A stretch of DNA of 64,000 bases from a virus, in IMG/VR virus record IMGVR_UViG_3300046168_000072, positions 32,001 to 96,000 of that record; one strand, written 5' to 3'. The notes under the pieces are model-generated. The model was not told the origin of the DNA. It saw only the letters and a program-made list of their open reading frames with translations, and did no database searches. Positions 19,343 through 27,800 of this stretch are shown here, piece after piece (within the stretch, counting starts at the first letter, position 1; every line of letters begins with the position of its first letter). The position numbers were made by a program, and so were the translations under genes.

Positions 19343-20623
19343 TTAACTCAAAATATCTAAAATTGGCTGACCTTTATGAGCGATTTGAAATGGCCTACCA
19401 GATGGAGAATAATGAACATCATTCAGTGACAAACCAAGAGCATATGCGATAGTAGCATTCAAATCTTCTGGCTTAACTGGATTATGCTCGACTTCCATAC
19501 CCTTATCATCGCTTTGGCCGTATATCGTACCGCCCTTAATAGCTCCACCCGCAAAGAAAGCTGAAAATGCTTTTGGCCAATGATCTCTACCATCTCTTGG
19601 GTTAATTTTTGGGGTACGGCCAAACTCAGAAGTAAGAACAACTAAGGTTTCATTAAGCAGACCACGAATTTCTAAATCAAAAAGTAATGCGCCTAATGCC
19701 TTATCAACATCTGCGCAATTAGCAGCGACACGATCAAAGTTATTGTCATGAGTGTCCCAGCCACCACGGGTGACTTCAACATAGCGTACTTTATTCTCAA
19801 TTAGTCTTCTAGCAAGCAAACATCCTTGGCCAAAATTACTTTCACCGTATAATTCCGTCATCGCTTCTGGCTCATCTGAAATATCAAACGCTTTCAAGTC
19901 TTCGCTTTGCATTAATTTAACAGCATCTTTGTACAGATCAGTATATGCGCGAATTTGTTTTTGGTTATACTCTTCACTGAATACAGCATTAAGTTGTTCA
20001 GCAGTTTTTATTCGATTGTTAAACTGTGCGCTATCTAAATAGTCAGCCATTGAACTATTGGCTAATCCCGCTTTAGCATTTCTTAAAGGTAAAGCTCCGT
20101 ACCGCGATTCTAAAAATCCTGCTCCTCCTCCGCCTCCACCAATTTTTACATTGGCAGGAATAGTTCTGTTAATTGAGCCAGAAAGCTTTGAAACCCAACT
20201 ACCAAAAGTTGGATGCACAATTGTGCCGCGCTTCTGATAGCTAGTATGCATCAAATAACTAGCTTGTTCATGAGCGCCTTGATTGCTTGTTACCGAACGA
20301 ACAATCGCTGCATTATGCATATGCTTTGCGACTGTAGGTAAATTCTCAGAAAGAAATATATCATCAGCACTTGTTTGAATAGCCTCCACTGGCCCTTGAA
20401 CATCAGGGCTCTGCGGCTTTGGATCAAAAGTATCTAGGTGAGACATTGCCCCTGCCATATTCAAGTAAATAACATAACGAGCTCTTGCGGGGCGAGTGCC
20501 TGGCGTCAAAGCGTATGCATTATCATGAATATATGATCCAACTAATGGCATTAATCCTACCCCCAAATAAGATTTGGCGGCTCTAGCAATAAATTCTCTT
20601 CTGTTTAATTCGTTTGTTTTCAT
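19343..20623 (-). CDS. DUF1501 family protein with Tat signal
   Basis: LNRREFI twin-arginine; GAMSHLDTFDPKP, FGQGCLLARRLIE, WDTH, SEFGRTP.IN...GRDHWP, GGAIKGG. Confidence 0.9.
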   Translation of the reverse strand: MKTNELNRREFIARAAKSYLGVGLMPLVGSYIHDNAYALTPGTRPARARYVIYLNMAGAMSHLDTFDPKPQSPDVQGPVEAIQTSADDIFLSENLPTVAKHMHNAAIVRSVTSNQGAHEQASYLMHTSYQKRGTIVHPTFGSWVSKLSGSINRTIPANVKIGGGGGGAGFLESRYGALPLRNAKAGLANSSMADYLDSAQFNNRIKTAEQLNAVFSEEYNQKQIRAYTDLYKDAVKLMQSEDLKAFDISDEPEAMTELYGESNFGQGCLLARRLIENKVRYVEVTRGGWDTHDNNFDRVAANCADVDKALGALLFDLEIRGLLNETLVVLTSEFGRTPKINPRDGRDHWPKAFSAFFAGGAIKGGTIYGQSDDKGMEVEHNPVKPEDLNATIAYALGLSLNDVHYSPSGRPFQIAHKGQPILDILS

Positions 20624-20630
20624 AATAAAG

Positions 20631-20994
20631 TGGTGGACGTGAGCGGAGTTGAACCGCTGTCTTTAAATCTTCAATAATACACGTCTACAAGTTTAGTTAA
20701 TTTTTTTTATAGTTATGATATTAACATCCAACTACTTGTTTCATTTATTGACAGTTTGTGATACAAGTAAACCTTTATCTGTTTTGCAGATTGATGACCC
20801 CGTAATCTCTTTATCTGCGTCAAAAGTTACGAGGTAGCAGAAACTAAGCTGCTAAAGCAAGCGACTCGCTTTTTGGCGAGTAAGCTTTAATACGTGACTT
20901 GTTGCCATGTAAATTTTTGCATCTTTTTAAGGAGCCAGATGCACTCCTACTTGCAGTATACAAATTCAATTTAAATCGAATCCAGTACACGCCC
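20631..20994 (-). ncRNA. ssrA: tmRNA
   Basis: 5' GGGCGUGUACUGGAUUCGA; 3' T-arm GGUUCAACUCC and CACGUCC-ACCA; acceptor stem with G3.U alanyl identity pair; internal tag 20844-20906 GNKSRIKAYSPKSESLALAA*. Confidence 0.93.
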
Positions 20995-21000
20995 ATAAAA

Positions 21001-21011
21001 TGTTAAAGAAC
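21001..21011 (-). promoter_or_regulatory. boxA-like antitermination element upstream of tmRNA
   Basis: GTTCTTTAACA versus rrn boxA TGCTCTTTAACA. Confidence 0.4.
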
Positions 21012-21047
21012 TAATATACTTATACCAAGTATAGATTATATATTACA

Positions 21048-21302
21048 CTATTTATCTTTTTTTGTCAAGCCCTTAATTTTATTATAAAAAATGGGTATAT
21101 ATTTTAATCCAAAACAAAAGAACAGTACTCCTAACATAAGCGCTGCAAAAACCACAAAGCTCGAGTCATCTGAAGCTAAGTAAACTATCTCTTTAGCTTG
21201 TAAAACTTCAATAGCTTCTTGATTATTTGGTTTTTTTTCAAGAATTTTTTTAGTGATGCACCCTGACAGGATTAAACAAAGTAGTATCGTTAATTTGTTC
21301 AT
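21048..21302 (-). CDS. Small lipoprotein with C-terminal TM helix
   Basis: Lipobox-like LSGC; hydrophobic FVVFAALMLGVLFFCFGL. Confidence 0.65.
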   Translation of the reverse strand: MNKLTILLCLILSGCITKKILEKKPNNQEAIEVLQAKEIVYLASDDSSFVVFAALMLGVLFFCFGLKYIPIFYNKIKGLTKKDK

Positions 21303-21341
21303 TAGAAATTAAGTATTTTGCTGTTGTTAATATTTTCCACG

Positions 21342-21532
21342 GGCTTCTGTGTCGTAGTAGAAGTCGTAGTGGTAGGCTTCTGTGTCGTAGTAGAAGTCGT
21401 AGTGGTAGGCTTCTGTGTCGTAGTAGAAGTCGTAGTGGTAGGCTTCTGTGTCGTAGTAGAAGTCGTAGTGGTAGGCTTCTGTGTCGTAGTAGAAGTCGTA
21501 GTGGTAGGCTTCTGTGTCGTAGTAGAAGTCGT
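21342..21532 (-). repeat. 33-bp tandem repeat, ~6 copies, encoding TTTSTTTQKPT
   Basis: Near-identical GGTAGGCTTCTGTGTCGTAGTAGAAGTCGTAGT units; open on the minus strand to TAA at 21302. Confidence 0.9.
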
Positions 21533-22635
21533 TATATCAATCGTTTTTTTTTAACCTGATCCGATATTAAATCATAAGAAGCTGCTCGTGATCTTTGAAA
21601 ATTAAGATTTGCGGCCAATAACATAACAACAGCCAGAGGGTCAAATACAAACACTAATATAATAATAACAATTCTAACAGCCCCGCCTAAATCGATAGAG
21701 CCAAACCCAAAATCTTCTAACAGCTCGGCTATATATTTTACTGGCCCTACTTCAGCTTCTAACTCAAGCTGAGAATTTTTAAGACGAAAACTTTCTGATT
21801 CCATATCATCAATCCTAGCATAAGCCGCTTGAATGTTTGAGTTATACTCTTCTTTCTTGATGGCAACTTCTTCTGTATTGGATTGGTTATCTTGGCGCGA
21901 ATCTATGCGTTCCCTAATTTTAGAAACTTGACCGTCAGTAGACTCACGAGCTTTACTGATGCGAGCTTCAGCGGCTAGAACTCTTTGTTGAATAGATTCC
22001 CTTTCGAGCTTTTGCTTGTCAGCTAATTCTGAAAGCTGTTTAGTTTTATTACTAAATAAACCGCCAGAGGTAGCCTGAATCGCGGCAACTTCTTCATCTA
22101 AAACTTTTATTCTATCATTTAATCTGGAGATTTCGGCGTTATCAATTGATATGCTTTTTTCTAATGAAGAATATAAATCGTCTATTTTCTTTTGCTCTAG
22201 TTCTATATTGTATACATCTTTATTGGAAGAGTCTTTAGCATCAGAAGATAAATCTTTTAAATATTCATTTTGTCTAGTGATATAAGATTTTTCTCGCTCC
22301 ATTTTGTTTTCTAATTGAGATGCTAATATTGCAACTTCTTGGGCATCTTTTTGATGTTTAATGTGTGATTTACTTAAGAAACCAAATATACCCATGCTAG
22401 TTATAAAGATCAAAACAACAACCGCAGTTGTTAAATATATCTTTAAAGAACGAGGAGCTATTTTCCAATTGTGATGCAACCAACTTGCAGAAACAAGCTT
22501 GCCAACTTCTAAAACCCCACCCATGATAACAATAGCCCAAAACACAGCAGGAAACATTGTGGTAAGTCCTATGATACTAAAATACGCTGAGACAAGTGAT
22601 ATGCTCAGTGCCGATAATAAGATTGTATATTTCAT
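21532..22635 (-). CDS. Membrane protein (3 N-terminal TMs, long coiled coil, C-terminal TM); likely extends to 21302 via frameshift at A9
   Basis: LEVGKLVSASWL, ITSMGIFGFLSKSH, EAEVGPVKYIAE and FVFDPLAV, recognisable as a common large-phage family. Confidence 0.75.
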   Translation of the reverse strand: MKYTILLSALSISLVSAYFSIIGLTTMFPAVFWAIVIMGGVLEVGKLVSASWLHHNWKIAPRSLKIYLTTAVVVLIFITSMGIFGFLSKSHIKHQKDAQEVAILASQLENKMEREKSYITRQNEYLKDLSSDAKDSSNKDVYNIELEQKKIDDLYSSLEKSISIDNAEISRLNDRIKVLDEEVAAIQATSGGLFSNKTKQLSELADKQKLERESIQQRVLAAEARISKARESTDGQVSKIRERIDSRQDNQSNTEEVAIKKEEYNSNIQAAYARIDDMESESFRLKNSQLELEAEVGPVKYIAELLEDFGFGSIDLGGAVRIVIIILVFVFDPLAVVMLLAANLNFQRSRAASYDLISDQVKKKRLI

Positions 22636-22781
22636 TTTTTCCCCTTTTTGTCGTATTGACTATAACATACAGCCGCTCTTTGTTTAGCGTCTGGAAATTC
22701 CTTTCGCGCCACTGGATCGCTCATGCATCTCGTGATGAACTTTCCGCGCTTCTCATCTTTTTGCTTTTTTGGTAATGGCAT
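22632..22781 (-). CDS. Small conserved phage protein (49 aa, not in ORF track)
   Basis: MPLPKKQKDEKRGKFITRCMSDPVARKEFPDAKQRAAVCYSQY matches the recurring FIxRCM...EFPD..QRxAVC phage peptide; ATGA coupling. Confidence 0.75.
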   Translation of the reverse strand: MPLPKKQKDEKRGKFITRCMSDPVARKEFPDAKQRAAVCYSQYDKKGKK

Positions 22782-22795
22782 ATTTTGTAATACAC

Positions 22796-24862
22796 TTATA
22801 ATTTTTCAAGCTGAAGAAAAGTTGCGGACTTAGTTCCGTTTCCATATATATATCTATCCTCAGCGCCATCTAAATCAATACCAGTAAAAAATAAATCACC
22901 TGTTGCTTGAAAGATATGATTGAAGGTAGCTGTTTGATTATCGAGTGTTCCTCTGTTCGTTAAACTTCCAACTATATTATCAGTAGAATATGAATCTTGG
23001 TATGCTATCATACTAGTGCTTACATTATTCGCATCAAATCCATTTACCATAAGCACTTGGCCGCCGAGTCTATAATAAGCGCCATTTTCTAGCCCTGTAA
23101 AATGAAGGTCATTAAAATTTGTATCGTCATCTGCAGTTATGTCATTTTGTAATATATTTTCTTGATAACTTGAAGCAGAAAAAGTTGAAGAACTGCCTCC
23201 ACTGTCACCGCTTCCGCCTCCACCAAAATATAATGCTCGGTCATTGGATATGTATTCTTGTATTGAATTGAATTCTTTTTTGACATGTTGATCTTCTGAA
23301 TGTGAGTTGTAAGATCCATCTGTAGAATCAAATCTTATATACCACCTTTTGGTTGCAAAGTTATTTGTTTCATAAGCAAAATGTTGACTAGTAATATTTC
23401 CATTAGTATCGTGTACATTTGACCAGAGAGCAAAATCTAGCTGTATTAAATTGTCGTATCCGTTGGTAGTTGTAGCGTCTGTATCTTTTATTAAAATTGC
23501 ATCTGGTATCTGTACTCCGCTACCAATAAGTGGTATGTTGTCAATGTTATCTTGAATTTGATTAACGACGCTGATAGAAGAACCATTACTTGAAGAAGAA
23601 CCGCCGCCTCCGCCATTACTTGAGTCGCCTAGTTTTGCAACTTGAACATAACTTCCTGCCAGTATTTTACTATCTCCATCTAGCGAAGTCCCCAAAACAG
23701 TAATGTCTCCAGTTGCTGTAATAATTTTGCTTGCACAAGAAGTTTCTCGTATTTTTGAATCTTCATTCCAAACTCCAAGTTCAAACAATACATCATTGCC
23801 ATGTTTTACTGTAGCTCCTACAAAATCATTAGCTGCGTTTTCAGTTTGACGATTAATACATGCATTAACAAGATAATCTTGACCATGTTCTAGGTTATTA
23901 AATGTAAGTTCAGTAATGTCAGCGGTGTGAGGAGATGAAGAATTTGAAACATCAGAGCTTAATGTTTTAGTTTCGTATGATAAGGATCCTCCTCCGCCGC
24001 CGCCGTTTGAAGAACCGCCTCCCAAATAAATTGCTTTATCTGTATCAATAAAATGTTGAATCGAAACTGATCCAGGTGAGTTGCTACCAAGATTCCAGGT
24101 TCCATTGTTAGTCATGTTTCCAGCAGTTGCCGAGTTATCAAACCGAAGTATACGATTAGTTCCTGCGGTATTGGCTCCATATTGTATTTTATTTGTCGCA
24201 GAATTTTGAATTTGTAAAATTAATGCAGCCTCTAGGTCACTTGAATCTTTTTGAAAAATTATATCTGGTAATTCACCTGTAAAATTTATTCCATCCATTT
24301 TAGAGGCAATCAATCCGTATGAACCACCGCCGCCTGCTGGCAAATCAACATACTCTATCGTTTGTCCGTCATCACTGACTTTCAAGTATTGGCCCGAGCC
24401 TTCGGTTAGAGTGCTTGGGGTGTCAGTTAAGTCTTCAAAAGTAGAGGATCCTCCTCCGCCGAGGTAAACTGCGCGACCAGAAGATATATAACCCGAAAGG
24501 CTTTGTCCTGCACCAAAAACGGAAGCATCGGTATTCCTGTACTCATCAAAGGTGGCGGACGCATTATTATCAAAAATAATATAGGGCTGGGTTCCAATGA
24601 AGGGGCTGTGGTAGAAAATTGAAGTCGAAGTGACATAATACAGACTGAAAGCAGCATTCACCGTACCCGCCACATTGGTTAAGACAATCTGGTCGGGCAA
24701 AGAGCTATAAAAATTACTTTGTCCAGTTATGTAAGGATTTATACCCAAACCGCCAGAACCCCCAGCTCCACCGCCTCCGCCGCCATTTTGATCTATATAT
24801 TCCCGAACGGATTTACCCATTTCGTAAATTCCTGAAAGCATTGATTTAGTTGAGTCTGACAT
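22796..24862 (-). CDS. Modular fibre / receptor-binding-like protein (688 aa)
   Basis: Gly-rich linkers, one FxxLTDTP fibre repeat and three LPD...AxYxGGG modules shared with the 2680 aa protein. Confidence 0.7.
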   Translation of the reverse strand: MSDSTKSMLSGIYEMGKSVREYIDQNGGGGGGAGGSGGLGINPYITGQSNFYSSLPDQIVLTNVAGTVNAAFSLYYVTSTSIFYHSPFIGTQPYIIFDNNASATFDEYRNTDASVFGAGQSLSGYISSGRAVYLGGGGSSTFEDLTDTPSTLTEGSGQYLKVSDDGQTIEYVDLPAGGGGSYGLIASKMDGINFTGELPDIIFQKDSSDLEAALILQIQNSATNKIQYGANTAGTNRILRFDNSATAGNMTNNGTWNLGSNSPGSVSIQHFIDTDKAIYLGGGSSNGGGGGGSLSYETKTLSSDVSNSSSPHTADITELTFNNLEHGQDYLVNACINRQTENAANDFVGATVKHGNDVLFELGVWNEDSKIRETSCASKIITATGDITVLGTSLDGDSKILAGSYVQVAKLGDSSNGGGGGSSSSNGSSISVVNQIQDNIDNIPLIGSGVQIPDAILIKDTDATTTNGYDNLIQLDFALWSNVHDTNGNITSQHFAYETNNFATKRWYIRFDSTDGSYNSHSEDQHVKKEFNSIQEYISNDRALYFGGGGSGDSGGSSSTFSASSYQENILQNDITADDDTNFNDLHFTGLENGAYYRLGGQVLMVNGFDANNVSTSMIAYQDSYSTDNIVGSLTNRGTLDNQTATFNHIFQATGDLFFTGIDLDGAEDRYIYGNGTKSATFLQLEKL
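23225..23580. repeat. Copy A of a ~350 bp duplicated module (copy B ~27320-27675)
   Basis: Both encode NQIQDNIDNIPLIGSGVQIPDAILIKD...KRWYIRFDS...SIQEYIS..RALYFG with high nucleotide similarity. Confidence 0.85.
24333..24460. repeat. Copy 1 of a ~125 bp near-identical linker (other copies ~27193-27317 and ~28039-28165)
   Basis: GCTGGCAAATCAACATACTCTATCGTTTG...TTCAAGTATTGGCCCGA...GAGGATCCTCC, encoding TDTPSTLTEGSGQYLKVSDDGQTIEYVDLPAGG. Confidence 0.9.
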
Positions 24863-24881
24863 AATTATGTTTTACACTTGT

Positions 24882-27800
24882 TTAGCATGGGTTATCTAAT
24901 AAAGCGGCTGCTGGGACGAAATTACTTGTGTATACTGCCTTTTTGCTGATGCGGAAGTCTTGCATATGTTTTAAATTATTTGTCCATCCACCAGAAGAAC
25001 TCTTATTCCCAATTTCTAACTCATACGGAGATGCATATACCGATCCATTTATGGCAACATCAATTTCTCTCTGGCCATTTACATAGAGATAAATAGAATT
25101 ACCACTTCTGACTGCCGCAATATGAGTCCAATTATTTAATACGCTTGCCATTCCTGTGTTAGTGCTCTCAAGGACTAAATTATTTAATAATCGTAATTTA
25201 TCCTGATTAAGAGTAATTGACAATTCTATTGTTGATGTCGGGTCTCTACCTTTTGTTACGATGATATCTTTTGTTGATGTTGTGATAGGTGAATCATATT
25301 TTATCCAGAACTCAACTGTAAAATCATTTGATCCAAAATTAGCTGGATAAAAATGTAACAACCTACTAGTACTGAAAAATAAAGTACTTTCGCCGAACAA
25401 GGTTTCAGAATTATCAATAAATGATTGATTGCTTACATTGTTTGGATTAGTGATTGTTCTGTTATTATCGCTTTTATCTTCAACTGTTCCTCCAGAAGAT
25501 GCTTGTAGATGAAAATCAACTTCGCTGCAAGTTGGTTGATCTCCTGGAAAACCACATGGGTTAGCTAGTAAATTTGCTGGCGGGGTGAAGTTGCCTGTAT
25601 ATACCGCTTTTTTGCTGATGCGAATATCTTGCATCTTACCGTCAAAGTGTGGAATTGTATTAGCAGGTGCCGAATGGGTCTGATGCCCAATTTTAAGCAT
25701 ATTGTTTGAATTCTCATTATTTACAGGCACAGCAGCAGGAGTTGAAGTGTCTTTTTGGCTACCATCAACATACAAGCACATTGTTTTTCCATCCCAAGTA
25801 GCCGCAAGATGTACCCACTTGTTTAGAATATCAGCATCATTTACTATATGCCCTACGCCAACGTTCTGGCCACTCCCGTTATATATTATAAAGATAAAAC
25901 CTTGGGCATTTACTCCAAGTTTGAAACCGTGACTGCTTGAAGTGGCTGCGCTTGTTGAAAGGAGAGGTATAAACCTCCTACCTAACCAATCTGTAGTGAT
26001 CGCATCAACAAAAACCCAGCATTCTATTGTAAAAGGTGATGAGTAATTATTTATCCATTTAAATGTAGTATTATCGCCGACGCTTAAAGCATCTCCGTTT
26101 CCATCGAAATTCATTGTGCCGCCGCCAAATAGCGTGGCAGTATTGTCTACAACTGTATCGCCAACAGTTGTTACTGCGTGTTGGTTGTCGCTCTTATCAG
26201 CGATAGTTTCTCCAGCAGCTGGTTGAAGATGTAAGGCTACTTGATTGCAGTTTGGTTGATCGGGAGCCAATGTACATTCAAAATACCCAGTAATAGAAGC
26301 GTCTCTGTCAATAAATACAGTTTCCTGAGCATTTGTTTTTGGGAAGTTCGGTAAATCAGACCTCCATTCTTTAAAAGTGCAAGATCCGATATTCGGACCG
26401 CTAAACGCTTGAGCTCTGATATTTATGTTTTGATCTCCAGCGAACATGCCCCATTTGAATGTGGTCTCATCTATTACGACAGTATTTCGCTCTTGATTTA
26501 AGTTTGAGTCGGCAAACAAACATACATCATGCACAAAATCGTGAATATTTGTTTGATTATTTAATCCAGCGCTAAATGAAGTACTGGCGTTGTCCGCTAA
26601 AAATTGATCTTTATATTCTGTGTATTGATTGTACTCCTCGAGATTTGAAACGCAAGCAGGCGCTTCTGAGGGCGGAGCAACCGTATCTGCTCCAACTTTA
26701 ACCCATTCTCCGTTACAACCAATATATAAATCACACCCAACGGTAACCAATTGACCGTCAACGGGATTATCTGGCAAATCAGTTATATCGTCGACAGAGT
26801 CTGCTCCATCACTTGAAGAAGAACTGCCTCCATAATATATGGCGTCTCCGTTATCAATAATGTCTTGAAGTGAACTTGCTCCGTCAAAAAATTCCCAAGT
26901 AGAGTTGCCTGCAAGAAGAGTGTTAGAGTCTCGGTTATAAAAAGAGCCGTTAGTACCGCTAGCATCATTATTAAATCCAACCCGCCAGTTCAAAAAATCA
27001 TAAAATATCTGATCAGTTGAGCTTGTTCCGTTAATGTAATAAAATCTACCAGCCAAAACCTGATCTAGTGTAGAAGCTGCACCTCTTATAATTATCGAGT
27101 CAGGTAATTCACCTGAAAAGTTACTAAAGTCCTTTATGTAATCATTGTTGTTTAATGATGAGCCAGTAGATGGAGAAGAACCATCTCCGCCACCCGCTGG
27201 CAAATCAACATACTCTATCGTTTGACCGTCATCACTAACTTTCAAGTATTGGCCCGAGCCTTCGGTTAAAGCGCTTGGGGTGTCAGTTAAACCTGCAAAG
27301 GTAGAGGATCCTCCGCCAGCCCCAAAGTATAGAGCTCGACCACTCGATATGTATTCTTGTATTGAATCGAATTCTTTTCTGACATGTTGATCTGCAGAAA
27401 TGCTCAAGTGAGATCCATCGACTGAATCAAATCTTATATACCACCTTTTGCTTATTAAGTTATTTGTTTCATAACTAAACTGTTGACTAGTTACATCTCC
27501 GTTGGAATTGTAACTGGTTACCCACGCCGCAAAATCTAGCTGTATTAAATGGTCGTTTCCGTTGGTAGTTGTAGCATTTATGTCTTTTATTAAAATTGCA
27601 TCAGGTATTTGCACTCCGCTACCAATAAGTGGTATATTATCGATGTTATCTTGGATTTGATTAACGGCGCTGATAGGAGAACTGCCACCTGAAGAAGAAC
27701 CATCTCCGCCAAAATAAATTGCATGACCATTATCAATTACTTCTTGGAGTGAGGTCGCATTATTATAGTAAGAAGCATTCTCACTAGTGAATTGCCCATT

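Noticed and set aside
20631-20660. Stand-alone tRNA-Ala
   Set aside because: No anticodon arm; the acceptor partner is ~360 nt away with a tag ORF between, which defines a tmRNA.
21342-21532. 33-bp direct repeats as a CRISPR array
   Set aside because: Units are contiguous with no spacers, are a multiple of 3 and encode a Thr-rich frame.
23225-27675. Duplicated module as a DGR template/variable repeat pair
   Set aside because: Differences are not adenine-specific, both copies are in coding frames, and no reverse transcriptase is in the window.
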